Positions 41,031 to 50,470 are shown, counted from the stretch's first letter. The stretch: DNA of 61,891 nucleotides from Candidatus Terraquivivens tengchongensis (GCA_023261845.1 JALNJZ010000008.1:1-61891), one strand, 5' to 3'. Made by a program: numbers and translations. The notes: generated by a model not told the origin, from the sequence alone.

Positions 41031-42241
41031 TACCTATAGGCTATGTACTCTTTGCCAAGCAGCTCCCTTGCCACTATTATCTTCATTATCTCCGTTGCGC
41101 CCTCGGCCCACATGTACGACCGTATACCCCTCAATGCTATCTGGAGTGGGCACTCGGCCATGTAACCGTATGCTCCATACCATTGCATGGCGTCGTTTAT
41201 CGCATCAAACGCTATCCACGGTGCCAACATCTTAGCCTCTGCCGCCACCCTAGTCACCTCAAACCTCGTGAACTTGCCTTCTCTCTGCTCTTTGTCAAAC
41301 ATCCATAATGCTTTGTATCCCAAAAGCCTCACGGCATCCAACTTCGCATAGTTTTCAGCCAGCTTAAACTGTACACCTTCGTATTTTGCTAACGGATTGC
41401 CGAAGACGTTCCTTTGTTTTATGTACTCAATAGCTGTCTCGAGGGCCGACATAGCAGCACCGCAGCAGACAACAGATATTATCGACCTGGCAAAGTCAAA
41501 GCCCTCCATGCAAATGTAGAACCCCCTATTCTCTGGCCCTACCCTATTCTCCTCAGGAACCTCTACATCCTTTAATGAAAAACCTCCGGTCGATATTCCC
41601 TTTCTTCCCATCTCTTTGAGGTACGTAACACTAACCTCCCCAGAAACTTCCTTTATTGGTACGTAAAACAACGACATGCCCCTTGTTCCCTTTGATGGGT
41701 CGGTCTTCGCCAAGGTGAGGAAACCACCACCCTCAGGCAGCAGTTCCATCACCTCTCTCACACCAGACGTGTACAGCTTCTCACCATTGAGGATGTACGC
41801 GCTACCTTTCTTTACAGCAGTCATCCTTATGCTAGCAAGGTCTGAACCAGCAGCTGGTTCTGTTGTCGCTATCCCGACGAACGCTCTACCCTTTACAACT
41901 TTTGAGAGGACCTTTTTTGAGAGTTCAGGATCTCCGTACTTATCGAATATATAGCCCCATGCTGTGGGGACAAGGTAGAAGACGGCAGTGGCACAGGATA
42001 CATCTGCTCTACCTATCTCCTCGCCCGCTATGCCTGCGGTCACAGCATCCGCACCTGCCCCACCTTTTTCCGGCGATACCGTCATCGCAAGGGCCCCTAT
42101 ATTCGCTAAACCCTCAATTATATCATAGGGTATTCTACCACCTTCCTCTATCTCCAAAAGTCTTGGGGCCAGGTTATTTTGACAGTATTCTCTAATGGAT
42201 TTTCTAAAAAGTTCTTGCTCCTCAGTAAATTCAAAATCCAA
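41030..42241 (-). CDS. Acyl-CoA dehydrogenase
   Basis: TEPAAGSD, LNGEK, RNVFG, GAYGY, EGATEI. Confidence 0.93.
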   Translation of the reverse strand: MDFEFTEEQELFRKSIREYCQNNLAPRLLEIEEGGRIPYDIIEGLANIGALAMTVSPEKGGAGADAVTAGIAGEEIGRADVSCATAVFYLVPTAWGYIFDKYGDPELSKKVLSKVVKGRAFVGIATTEPAAGSDLASIRMTAVKKGSAYILNGEKLYTSGVREVMELLPEGGGFLTLAKTDPSKGTRGMSLFYVPIKEVSGEVSVTYLKEMGRKGISTGGFSLKDVEVPEENRVGPENRGFYICMEGFDFARSIISVVCCGAAMSALETAIEYIKQRNVFGNPLAKYEGVQFKLAENYAKLDAVRLLGYKALWMFDKEQREGKFTRFEVTRVAAEAKMLAPWIAFDAINDAMQWYGAYGYMAECPLQIALRGIRSYMWAEGATEIMKIIVARELLGKEYIAYR

Positions 42242-42345
42242 CTATGCGCACCCCTTCGAATCAGAACGTAGGTGAAATGCTAGGCGTTATAAGTCTTTTT
42301 CGTGATTTATAGACATTCTCCATATCAATTGTAAGAACCTTACTG

Positions 42346-43443
42346 CTAGATATCAGACGGCGATATATTCATCATGGCTACCTCTACGCCGCCAGTCTTT
42401 CCCCTTTGCACGAACATCTTGTCAGGAAACCTGATGGCTAAGTTGTTGAATACATCATGAGCCATACTCGGTGTTGAAAACAATTTCCTTTCCAGTAAAA
42501 GAAAAACGCAAAGCCTTTCTAACATACTAAGACTTACTGCATTCCCTCTGCTCGAAAACCTCCTGTATGCCTCTATTATCATGTTCGCCACATCAAACCT
42601 ACTAGCTTTCGTCAAGCCCGGAATCATGAGCGGCGCGATGTCACTTATGATTTCTTCCTCGATTCTTTTCATGGGAACTTTAAAGTAGCGTTCGAATACA
42701 TCTTTATGCTTAACGAAGGTCTCATCTACAGAATACTTGCCCCTACCGGCCCTTTTAAGAATGCCTAAATCCACGAGCCATTCCAGCCTAGGCGGCGCTA
42801 TGTGTCTGTATTTAGCATATTGACTGCTCTTTATCCATTCACTCTTATTTTCTAGACCTAGCCTCTTCGTCCTGAATTTTTCTGCCTCAGTTATCTCCTT
42901 CTCTATCAGGTTCCTCTTCCTCGCGTCAACCTTTGTTATGATACTTTTTAGGGCAGAAGGGTAAAGCTCCTCCATCATATGGTTCATTGCTTCCATTCTC
43001 GTGAACTCTTCACGTTCCAAAACCCAAATTATAGTATTCAACAAAAACGGAAAGTCTGCAGAGATTAAAGTAACTAATAACAGCACTCTCTCAACAGGAT
43101 TTAGCGTCAAAAGCTCTTCATGCGTAATTTGTCTACTTTCGTGGAGAAACTTTGTGGCAGAATCAAGTTTTACGTAAAGTCTGCCTACATTGCCCAAAGT
43201 CTGTGTCTTTCTATCCAATATGTTAATCTCTGCAGCAACGGAGACATAGTTTCTTGCATTTACGGGCCTGGTAATTATGCCTATGGGTTTTATCGGAAGT
43301 TGTGGCGGTCCGATATTACGTACGAAATCGTAAAGAAGGGATGCCAAAAAATCGAAGCTCTTCGGCGTGTCTTCCTCGGCTAGACACGCTATAAGTCTCA
43401 TGTAACCTAGCCTGCAAACATCTCCATGCGTTTCCAAAATCAT
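42346..43443 (-). CDS. Hypothetical protein coupled to DNA methyltransferase
   Basis: 365 aa ORF, ATGA overlap with MTase stop; possible wHTH segment (RLEWLVDLGILKR). Confidence 0.6.
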   Translation of the reverse strand: MILETHGDVCRLGYMRLIACLAEEDTPKSFDFLASLLYDFVRNIGPPQLPIKPIGIITRPVNARNYVSVAAEINILDRKTQTLGNVGRLYVKLDSATKFLHESRQITHEELLTLNPVERVLLLVTLISADFPFLLNTIIWVLEREEFTRMEAMNHMMEELYPSALKSIITKVDARKRNLIEKEITEAEKFRTKRLGLENKSEWIKSSQYAKYRHIAPPRLEWLVDLGILKRAGRGKYSVDETFVKHKDVFERYFKVPMKRIEEEIISDIAPLMIPGLTKASRFDVANMIIEAYRRFSSRGNAVSLSMLERLCVFLLLERKLFSTPSMAHDVFNNLAIRFPDKMFVQRGKTGGVEVAMMNISPSDI

Positions 43444-44639
43444 GCAAAAACCTCCACGGGCACCTTAGCCCAAGCGACAGGCTCATTGTTAGGTATGGGA
43501 TTACCTTTGTGGAGCTCCAGTATTCTCTCTCGGCTCACGCCTTCCTCTTCTTTTATGTACATGAGGTGTTTATTTGACTTCGGTATGGAGTCTGAGATTA
43601 GCCTAGCGACCGTGAAGCCTACGCTTTCTGCTATCGGCGCTATCATCTCAGCCATGTTGATGTAATGGCCGTTTAACTTCACGTCACCAACAACCACGAA
43701 GCAAGCCGAGTTGTCCTTTAATACCCTAAACATCTCCTTCAATGACTCGAGCATAAAAACTCTGAACTTCTGCTTCGATTCAGATTGAAACAGCTTATTC
43801 TTCACCTCTATGTAGTCGTACCCTAAAAACCATAACCTCAGCCAGTTGTCCCAAGCATAAGTCTGCATGTTAAAATAAGGTGGAGAAGTAACTATCAGGT
43901 TGACGCTTTCATCCTCTAGCGGTAGCTTCCTAGCATCTTCCATCGTCGCCACGCCCCTAACTTCTGGCAAACCATCTCTTAAGACCCTCTTAGCCTTCGT
44001 AAGTAGACACTTCAATACGTCTCTCTTGGGCTTCTTTAAACCATTCTTTTTGATAAAGCGTCGTATGTACTTCGGAGACATCGAGAAGGCATGGGAGCAC
44101 GGTATGCTCAAATGCATCTTGGTAGGACCGTGGAGTATTCCACACATGAGCGCTTTTATAAAATTTCCAAGGTCTGAGTCGTCGTCCATTAACATATCTC
44201 TTATTGACAATATCTGCCTCAGTGTGTATTTACTGAAGAATACGCGAACCTCGCCGCTTACCTCATCAACATCGTAGCTTTCTGGGTTCCACTTTTTCCT
44301 CGTATTATGTATCCATTCCATTACATCATCCAAAGTAACTGGATTTACCTTTGCTCTTGTTATGACGTATGCCTCAGGTGCCAAGTCGTTGCCTATACCG
44401 ATTCTTCCGTTAAGGCACGCCTCAAGGGGCAAGGTTCCCTTTCCGGAAAAGGGGTCGAGGACTATATCGCCACGTCTGGAGTACTTTTTTACGAAGTAGT
44501 GAGCAAGGGCAGGAGGGAACGAGCCAGTCCTAGAGCATATCCTATGAAGGGTCGAGCCCCAACCATCGCCTGCGTACTTCCAAGAGTCAGGTATATCTGT
44601 GCTTAAAATCATGAGGTAATTTCCCATCAAAAGCCGCAC
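43440..44639 (-). CDS. Amino (N4-C/N6-A) DNA methyltransferase
   Basis: Motif I DPFSGKGT preceding motif IV TSPPY. Confidence 0.88.
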   Translation of the reverse strand: MRLLMGNYLMILSTDIPDSWKYAGDGWGSTLHRICSRTGSFPPALAHYFVKKYSRRGDIVLDPFSGKGTLPLEACLNGRIGIGNDLAPEAYVITRAKVNPVTLDDVMEWIHNTRKKWNPESYDVDEVSGEVRVFFSKYTLRQILSIRDMLMDDDSDLGNFIKALMCGILHGPTKMHLSIPCSHAFSMSPKYIRRFIKKNGLKKPKRDVLKCLLTKAKRVLRDGLPEVRGVATMEDARKLPLEDESVNLIVTSPPYFNMQTYAWDNWLRLWFLGYDYIEVKNKLFQSESKQKFRVFMLESLKEMFRVLKDNSACFVVVGDVKLNGHYINMAEMIAPIAESVGFTVARLISDSIPKSNKHLMYIKEEEGVSRERILELHKGNPIPNNEPVAWAKVPVEVFA

Positions 44640-44760
44640 GGCTTTTATCCAGAGCTATAACCGTTGGGTTTACGTAGGCAGGTGAATAATTCCTACATCA
44701 CGTTCACGGTATTTAATAGAAAATCTGCTTACTTATTGTGGGCATGTACATGAAACTCAT

Positions 44761-45393
44761 GTGTGGCAGGATTTCCCTGAAAAACTTATACGCACATATG
44801 TTCTTCAGAAACAGCTGGTGGATAGGTTGACATATGTGCTGAGATACGAGGGGCAAGAATACTACGAGTTGGAGATAAAAGGGTTCAAGAGAAAGTTACC
44901 TCTCGTTCAAGTATCTCCAGACACTTGGATTGCATACTTTGATAGCTTAGGCGATAAGGAGTTCATAAACCATTGCGCGAAAGAACTTTACAAACACCTA
45001 GTGACTTGTGACATCCTAATGACGACCGAGAGTAAGGGCATAGCACTCGTTCATGAGTTGGCAAATATGTTGAACCATGGCTTTTATGTGGTCTGCAGGA
45101 AGGAAATTAAACCGTTCATGCGCGACCCGATATTTGTATCCTACAAACCTATAACGTCCAGTAAGGAGCTGATACTTTGCATAGACGGAAGGTATAAGGA
45201 GAAGATTGTTGGCAAGAGGGTTGGCATAATAGACGACATAGTCAGCACGGGTGAGACTTTAAATGCCATGGAAGAAATCGTCATGAGAGCCGGCGGGATT
45301 GTTGAAAAGAGAGCGGCGATACTCTTAGAGGGCAATAAGCGGGATGATGTCATTTATCTGGGCATCCTGCCGATATTCAAGAGAGCAGTGTAG
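44761..45393 (+). CDS. Type I phosphoribosyltransferase (APRT-like)
   Basis: ESKGI, PRPP loop IIDDIVSTGET; true start may be further downstream. Confidence 0.85.
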   Translation: MWQDFPEKLIRTYVLQKQLVDRLTYVLRYEGQEYYELEIKGFKRKLPLVQVSPDTWIAYFDSLGDKEFINHCAKELYKHLVTCDILMTTESKGIALVHELANMLNHGFYVVCRKEIKPFMRDPIFVSYKPITSSKELILCIDGRYKEKIVGKRVGIIDDIVSTGETLNAMEEIVMRAGGIVEKRAAILLEGNKRDDVIYLGILPIFKRAV

Positions 45394-45434
45394 CGGAAAA
45401 CTGAAATAGGACGATGAAAAAACCTTTATCTGAT

Positions 45435-45550
45435 AGCCCGGTCGTCTAGCGGCCAATCGCTCGGTCAGATGCTGGGCTAAGGATCGCGGGCTCTGGATCT
45501 TGTGACAGAGGAGAACCCCGCGGACGCCGGTTCGAATCCGGCCCGGGCTA
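45435..45550 (+). tRNA. tRNA-Gln(CTG) with two introns (45457-45480 at 21/22; 45497-45515 at 37/38)
   Basis: Acceptor AGCCCGG/CCGGGCT, T-arm GCCGG-TTCGAAT-CCGGC, anticodon stem GCGGG/CCCGC with CT-CTG-G; both inserts fold into bulge-helix-bulge motifs; CCA not encoded. Confidence 0.9.
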
Positions 45551-46325
45551 TCAATTTCGGGTGTCCATATTTCGCTAAGACGGACCTAGCGGCGGGACTT
45601 CGCATCCAGGACTCATGACCAACCTCTGTCGCCTCAGCATTCTCCCTGATTACCCTTGCAAGCGGGTCGCCCGGCTCTACGTCTTTTGTGAGTAGTGCCA
45701 AACCTGTAAAAACAAGGCCGCTCGGCTTTATGCCGTTGACCGGTAGCGCGTTCATTGCCATCCACTCTACGCTTGCCCTGCTTATCCCGTCCGACTCTAT
45801 CATTCGATTTACATTAGGGTCCGATATCCAGACAAGTGCTTCAACAGCCCCATCCTCGTAATCGGCGGCAATCACGGCATTTTCCGGAAAGGGCAGCATC
45901 TTAGAGTGGTTTATACTCACAGGCCTCATGGCAAGACTCCCAGCCGCCAACCTCAACTCTTCTTCAGTAAAGAGCGTGTTGTTCCTAGTCTTTCCGACGT
46001 GTAGCGCTCTGACCTTCCAGAGCTTAGCGCCCCTTGATTCGGCCAAATCCTTGTAGAGCTTGAACGTATCCGAGGCCCACTTGAACGATTCAGCACCGGC
46101 AGCATGCTTCTTAAACCAATCTTTAGCTTTTTCAAGCGTCCAACCCTTTTCTTTCGAGAAAAGGCAACTCTGAACCTCCATCGTATCTTCTCCCTTTGGC
46201 TTAGCCACTATGGCCTTTATCCCTTGCTCCGGGTCTATGTCTATAGTCCTGAACGTTCCTTCTTCGAACTCTGCAGGATCTCTATGACCGCTCCTTATGT
46301 ATTCTTCAGTCTCCTCCCATGGCAT
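45477..46325 (-). CDS. Virus prohead protease-like protein; 3' end runs antisense into the tRNA
   Basis: TRNNTLFTEEEL...RPVSINH...SVE...FTGLALL..PGDP pattern of head maturation proteases; directly downstream of portal. Confidence 0.7.
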   Translation of the reverse strand: MPWEETEEYIRSGHRDPAEFEEGTFRTIDIDPEQGIKAIVAKPKGEDTMEVQSCLFSKEKGWTLEKAKDWFKKHAAGAESFKWASDTFKLYKDLAESRGAKLWKVRALHVGKTRNNTLFTEEELRLAAGSLAMRPVSINHSKMLPFPENAVIAADYEDGAVEALVWISDPNVNRMIESDGISRASVEWMAMNALPVNGIKPSGLVFTGLALLTKDVEPGDPLARVIRENAEATEVGHESWMRSPAARSVLAKYGHPKLIARAGFEPASAGFSSVTRSRARDP

Positions 46326-46327
46326 TT

Positions 46328-47602
46328 TTACTTTCTCATCTCCTTTTCAGGCTCTTCGGTCAGCATGAAGCCAAACTTCTTCAGCATCCCCCGCAACTCG
46401 TCAAGCCTGACGACCTGCATATTATGCGTCAACAGCTCAGCGAACTTTATGAGATGCTCTATCTCTATCTTCGGTTCTTCTCTTAGACCCCAGTTCCAGC
46501 GCACGTTTGCCTGTTTAGGGTCTATGCCACGGGTCCTAAGGAACTCGTCGAATATTTCGCGTTCAGTTATCCGCTTGATGAACCTCCTGACTGCTGCGAG
46601 CTTCCTCTCCATCGCAGCATCCGCCACCTTCGCAGAGGCCTCCGTAAAGCCTGGAGTCGTGAAGAGCCTTACGTGGTGCGTCTGCGTTCCCATTATGAAC
46701 TGATCAAATATGTGTTTCCAGAAGAACTCTAAGACAGCTCTAGACGAGACTCCTACTTCCCTCACATCAAACTCTTTGCTGTTCGTTAGGAAGTCCTGCT
46801 CTGGTTCAAGCTTCTCTAACTGTGATTGAGCCTCCTTCAGGACGTCAAGGGGCATCGCTGGGAAAACGTAAACGTGACGCGGTATTGCCTTTATGGCAAG
46901 CCTCATCGAGGCATCGTCAAGTTTCTCCTTTAGTTTGACGAATGGTTCGCGCTTTCTGACCTTGCCCTTTACTGTAAACCCTACGCCTTCCGTGAGCATA
47001 GAGGTTAGCCAGCCCGTGCCGAATGCATGTTCATCGACGACGTTCCACTTATAATGGACGACGAGCTTAGGCGATAGCTTAGTTTGCTGACCCCTATACG
47101 AGCGGTTATACCATAAAACTGTTCCATCTAACGTTCGCACGGCCGATACTACCGAGCTAAGCGGCAAGGGTTTCATGTCCACCAACGCCGCACCTTTTGC
47201 CGGTACTATGAGGTCCACTTTCGTAGACGTCCAAGGGTCTTTGAGTACTTCAACATCATAAGCATCGTAAACTCTTTCTAAGAAGAAGTTGCCACATAAC
47301 GTTGTCCACTTCGCGATTTTCAGATGAAGCTCATCGAGGTTTATTTTTGCGTTAAACTCATCAATGCTGTCTTTTGCAATATCAAAATCGGCAGTTGTGT
47401 AACCGCCCATGCCTGCGACTGCCTGCTCTATGTAATCTGCCGCACTCATTATCAGCGGATCGCATAGGTAATAATTCACGTACTGCTGGAATGGGACGAT
47501 CGGATATTCGATTATTCCGGATGTCATGTAAATGGTCAGGTTCTGTACAGATTCTGTTATTGGCCTGATGTGTATCTTTCCCGTTAATCTTCTCAGAAAC
47601 AT
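46328..47602 (-). CDS. Virus portal protein (HK97-type head)
   Basis: 424 aa; DP.I..A, GNFFLE, KPLP, VVHYKWN..AFG pattern typical of portals; context. Confidence 0.75.
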   Translation of the reverse strand: MFLRRLTGKIHIRPITESVQNLTIYMTSGIIEYPIVPFQQYVNYYLCDPLIMSAADYIEQAVAGMGGYTTADFDIAKDSIDEFNAKINLDELHLKIAKWTTLCGNFFLERVYDAYDVEVLKDPWTSTKVDLIVPAKGAALVDMKPLPLSSVVSAVRTLDGTVLWYNRSYRGQQTKLSPKLVVHYKWNVVDEHAFGTGWLTSMLTEGVGFTVKGKVRKREPFVKLKEKLDDASMRLAIKAIPRHVYVFPAMPLDVLKEAQSQLEKLEPEQDFLTNSKEFDVREVGVSSRAVLEFFWKHIFDQFIMGTQTHHVRLFTTPGFTEASAKVADAAMERKLAAVRRFIKRITEREIFDEFLRTRGIDPKQANVRWNWGLREEPKIEIEHLIKFAELLTHNMQVVRLDELRGMLKKFGFMLTEEPEKEMRK

Positions 47603-47720
47603 CTCAAAGAAATGTTAAAACCAACATGGATAAAAATTCTATAGCACAAAATGTCGTGAAAGTGAAGCGAATATCTATGTAAAAAATTTATAGCTAAGTT
47701 TTGTGAAAAATTATTTTGGA

Positions 47721-47975
47721 ATGAGAGAATTGGAACAATTCGTGAGGATATTAGAGTTAGCAAACACTGGTGGTGTGACGCCTTACAGAATCGGGCGCGT
47801 TCTAGGTATCAACTATCAAAGACTTAAGCGTATTTTAAATTATGCAGTAAGCGAGGGGATAATGACATACAGACAGGCGAGGGGTGGCGTAAAGATTTAC
47901 GAGCTTACCGAGAAGGGGGAGAGGTTGCTGAATGTCTGGGTTAGCTTTAACTACGAAAATGCGACCGATATCTAA
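47721..47975 (+). CDS. Small winged-helix DNA-binding protein
   Basis: VTPYRIGRVLGINYQRLKRIL...YELTEKGERLL. Confidence 0.75.
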   Translation: MRELEQFVRILELANTGGVTPYRIGRVLGINYQRLKRILNYAVSEGIMTYRQARGGVKIYELTEKGERLLNVWVSFNYENATDI

Positions 47976-48045
47976 CGTTTCGTAATTTATGAAATTTGCA
48001 TCATAATTTTTAGGAAGGTATTTGTACAAATTATTTTGAGCAGAA

Positions 48046-48474
48046 ATGGATGCATGGCCTGATTCAAACGTTGGGGACCTAATTTCTCCGAGGGATAAAA
48101 GTATCGTGCTAAGCTTCAAGGCTGGTGTGACGATAACCAAAGGAGACCCAGCATACCTAGTCGGGCCGGATACTGTAGCGCCAGCAACAGCACCTATGAA
48201 TTGTATAGGAATAGCTTTGGAGAATGCCTTGGAAGGCGACTACGTACCAGTATGCGTCCTAGGTGTCGTGAAGGTCGTGGCAGGTGCAGCCATAACCGTA
48301 GGCCAAGCTGTGTACGGTGCGGATGCTTCGAGGCGTATACTTCCATTGATCGACCAAGACGTAAATGAAAATGGAACCAATACGTACACCATATACTATG
48401 CTAGGAAGCTTGGTATCGCCCTCGATAACTTCACAGCTCCTGGTGATACCGGCAGAATTCTCGTGGTGAAGTGA
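48046..48474 (+). CDS. Capsid cement/decoration protein (DUF2190-like)
   Basis: Gly/Ala-rich beta protein (ITKGD, IGIALE, GAAITVGQAV, LGIAL) immediately before the major capsid gene. Confidence 0.7.
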   Translation: MDAWPDSNVGDLISPRDKSIVLSFKAGVTITKGDPAYLVGPDTVAPATAPMNCIGIALENALEGDYVPVCVLGVVKVVAGAAITVGQAVYGADASRRILPLIDQDVNENGTNTYTIYYARKLGIALDNFTAPGDTGRILVVK

Positions 48475-48475
48475 T

Positions 48476-49438
48476 ATGAGCTGGCAGGATATGATGCCCA
48501 AAAAGTTTGAGGTTTTATACAGCGACCCGAGGGTTAGGGATGAGCTCAACGAATTGCTGCCGAAGTTCTCGACTAACCCCCTATTTGTCCGTATCTCAGA
48601 GCTCTTCCCGTCTGGCTATGAGTCGATAACGAGCAGTATGCTTGGCGCGGTAGCCAGAGTGCATGACGTGGTAGTGGAGGCGGCCCAGCCCAACTTGATA
48701 GCGAGGCAGCTAGTTCAAGTCATAAGGACGTCGGACCCTGTTGTGAGGTTCCCGAAGGCGAAGAAGGCGAGAGCGTATAGGAGCGCGGAGCTGGCTCAGG
48801 TGTGGATTACTGGCGAGAAGTACGAAGTTCAGGACGTTAAAGCCGACTTGGAGATAAGGGCGGCAGCCGAATGGACGAGGAAGTTCCTCGAAGATACACC
48901 ATGGAGCGTGCTAGAAAGACAGGCAGCGGAGCTGGGCAGAGCCATCGGCCTGCTGGAGACAGAGGAGGTTATAGGGATGTTCATGCGGATACCCGAAGAC
49001 GAACTCGCCGGAGGCTCGGAGATTACTACTATCAACCTTGGAAGACTTAGTTATGAGGATGTTGTCAATGCAAGGAAAGCTGTGTTGAAGGAGATGTTCC
49101 ATCCAGACTGCTTACTGGTCAGCGTGTCTAGGGAGGCCGACCTTTGGAAGGACGATAAATTCATACATAGTTTTTACTTCGGCGATATGGCCGATAAGCA
49201 GAGGGGTGTGCTGGGCAACTTCTTAGGCCTAGAACTAATAGTTGACAATAGTGGCTCGGTTCCAGACAACAAAGCGTTCGTTATAGATAGGAAGGCGGCT
49301 GGTGTGCTACTCGTCAGACGGGATTTGACGATAAGCAGTTATGAAACGATGAAGGACGAGGTCTACGGTGTCATGGCAAGCGAACGAATAGGCATGGACA
49401 TACTACGTTCAAAAGCCGTAGCAAGGATAAGCATCTGA
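48476..49438 (+). CDS. HK97-fold major capsid protein
   Basis: 320 aa; IARQLV, WTRKFLED, LGRAI, HPDCLLV, GNFLGLELIV, ERIG pattern; context with portal, protease and cement. Confidence 0.8.
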   Translation: MSWQDMMPKKFEVLYSDPRVRDELNELLPKFSTNPLFVRISELFPSGYESITSSMLGAVARVHDVVVEAAQPNLIARQLVQVIRTSDPVVRFPKAKKARAYRSAELAQVWITGEKYEVQDVKADLEIRAAAEWTRKFLEDTPWSVLERQAAELGRAIGLLETEEVIGMFMRIPEDELAGGSEITTINLGRLSYEDVVNARKAVLKEMFHPDCLLVSVSREADLWKDDKFIHSFYFGDMADKQRGVLGNFLGLELIVDNSGSVPDNKAFVIDRKAAGVLLVRRDLTISSYETMKDEVYGVMASERIGMDILRSKAVARISI

Positions 49439-49629
49439 TGGACATGCCTCCGGCTAAGGTTAAGATGACGATAACCGTGGATCTGCAAGTTGCCGAGTAC
49501 CTCGAGGGGCTACACCGAAAGTTAGTCCAAAGGATGCTCGAAGAGCGCAGAAGACCTCCGAGCTTCAGCCAATTCATGAATGATTGGCTGTCGAGGCACA
49601 TCTCGGAAGAGATGGAAAGGGTGGACTGA
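49438..49629 (+). CDS. Ribbon-helix-helix-like small DNA-binding protein
   Basis: KVKMTITVD beta ribbon followed by two helices (SFSQFMNDWL); TGATG coupling to capsid gene. Confidence 0.6.
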   Translation: MDMPPAKVKMTITVDLQVAEYLEGLHRKLVQRMLEERRRPPSFSQFMNDWLSRHISEEMERVD

Positions 49630-49754
49630 GCTGCTCAACCCCCCAAATTTTTTAACGGTACAAAGCACCGTTGAATGCTCGAAGTTCCTCATGTACCGAC
49701 CGGGTGTGGGAGAATGTTTATTACATTCGCTTGGAATGAGAAACGTTTGCGAGA

Positions 49755-50423
49755 ATGTCGGAGCAGGAACTTAGGAGGAAGATAGTATCCATAGGAAAGA
49801 AGGCTTTCGATTACAAGCTCCTATCGGGGACCTGGGGCAACATAAGTGCAAGGTTTGGTAAAGACAAGATGCTCATAACACCGAGCGGTTTTGAGAAGGT
49901 GGCGCTAAAACCAAGCGACATAGTTCTGATGGACTTACAGGGCAATATACTTAGGGGAAAATGGAAACCTTCATCAGAGGTGCCCGTGCATAGCCTTATT
50001 TACAAAGCAAGGGAGGATGTAAATGCAGTCATACATATGCATTCGCACTATGCGATCGCCTTAGCCGTCACTGGACAAGAAATACCGGTGTTGACGTCTG
50101 AGTTTGCGGCCGCTGTAGGTCATAAGGTGCCCGTTACACGTTATGCTATGTCAGGTACGCAGGAGTTTGCAGAGGAGGTTGTTAGAACTTTGGGCGAGGG
50201 TAAAGCGGTTTTGTTGAGAAATCACGGTGTAATCGCGGTCGGCGATTCTTTGGAGGATGCGTTCCAGACAGCTTTGTTGGTAGAGGATGAGGCTAGGACT
50301 TTTATCCTTGCGAGCTCTTTAGGTTATGCAAAACCCCTCGATGTCAACGAGGTGAAAAGGCTCAGGGATGCCTATCTAAAAAGTTATGGTCAGGAAAAAA
50401 GAAGGTTAAGCTTAAGGTTCTAG
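49755..50423 (+). CDS. Class II aldolase (FucA-like)
   Basis: GNISAR, ITPSG, PSSE..H, HMHS, LLRNHG. Confidence 0.92.
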   Translation: MSEQELRRKIVSIGKKAFDYKLLSGTWGNISARFGKDKMLITPSGFEKVALKPSDIVLMDLQGNILRGKWKPSSEVPVHSLIYKAREDVNAVIHMHSHYAIALAVTGQEIPVLTSEFAAAVGHKVPVTRYAMSGTQEFAEEVVRTLGEGKAVLLRNHGVIAVGDSLEDAFQTALLVEDEARTFILASSLGYAKPLDVNEVKRLRDAYLKSYGQEKRRLSLRF

Positions 50424-50470
50424 AGTGTTTTTGGTAAAAGTTTATAGGGCATTAACATCAAACGCGCCTC

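Larger units (their letters stand above)
45551..49629. mobile_element. Head-only provirus-derived module adjacent to tRNA-Gln
   Basis: Portal, protease, cement, major capsid and two regulators abutting a tRNA 3' end; no integrase, terminase, tail or att repeat seen. Confidence 0.7.

Noticed and set aside
48476-49438. Encapsulin interpretation of the HK97-fold gene
   Set aside because: Adjacent portal, protease and cement genes indicate viral head origin; no recognisable encapsulin cargo enzyme
49630-49754. attR duplicate of the tRNA-Gln 3' end at the right border of the viral module
   Set aside because: Only a weak CCGACCGGG resemblance; no convincing direct repeat
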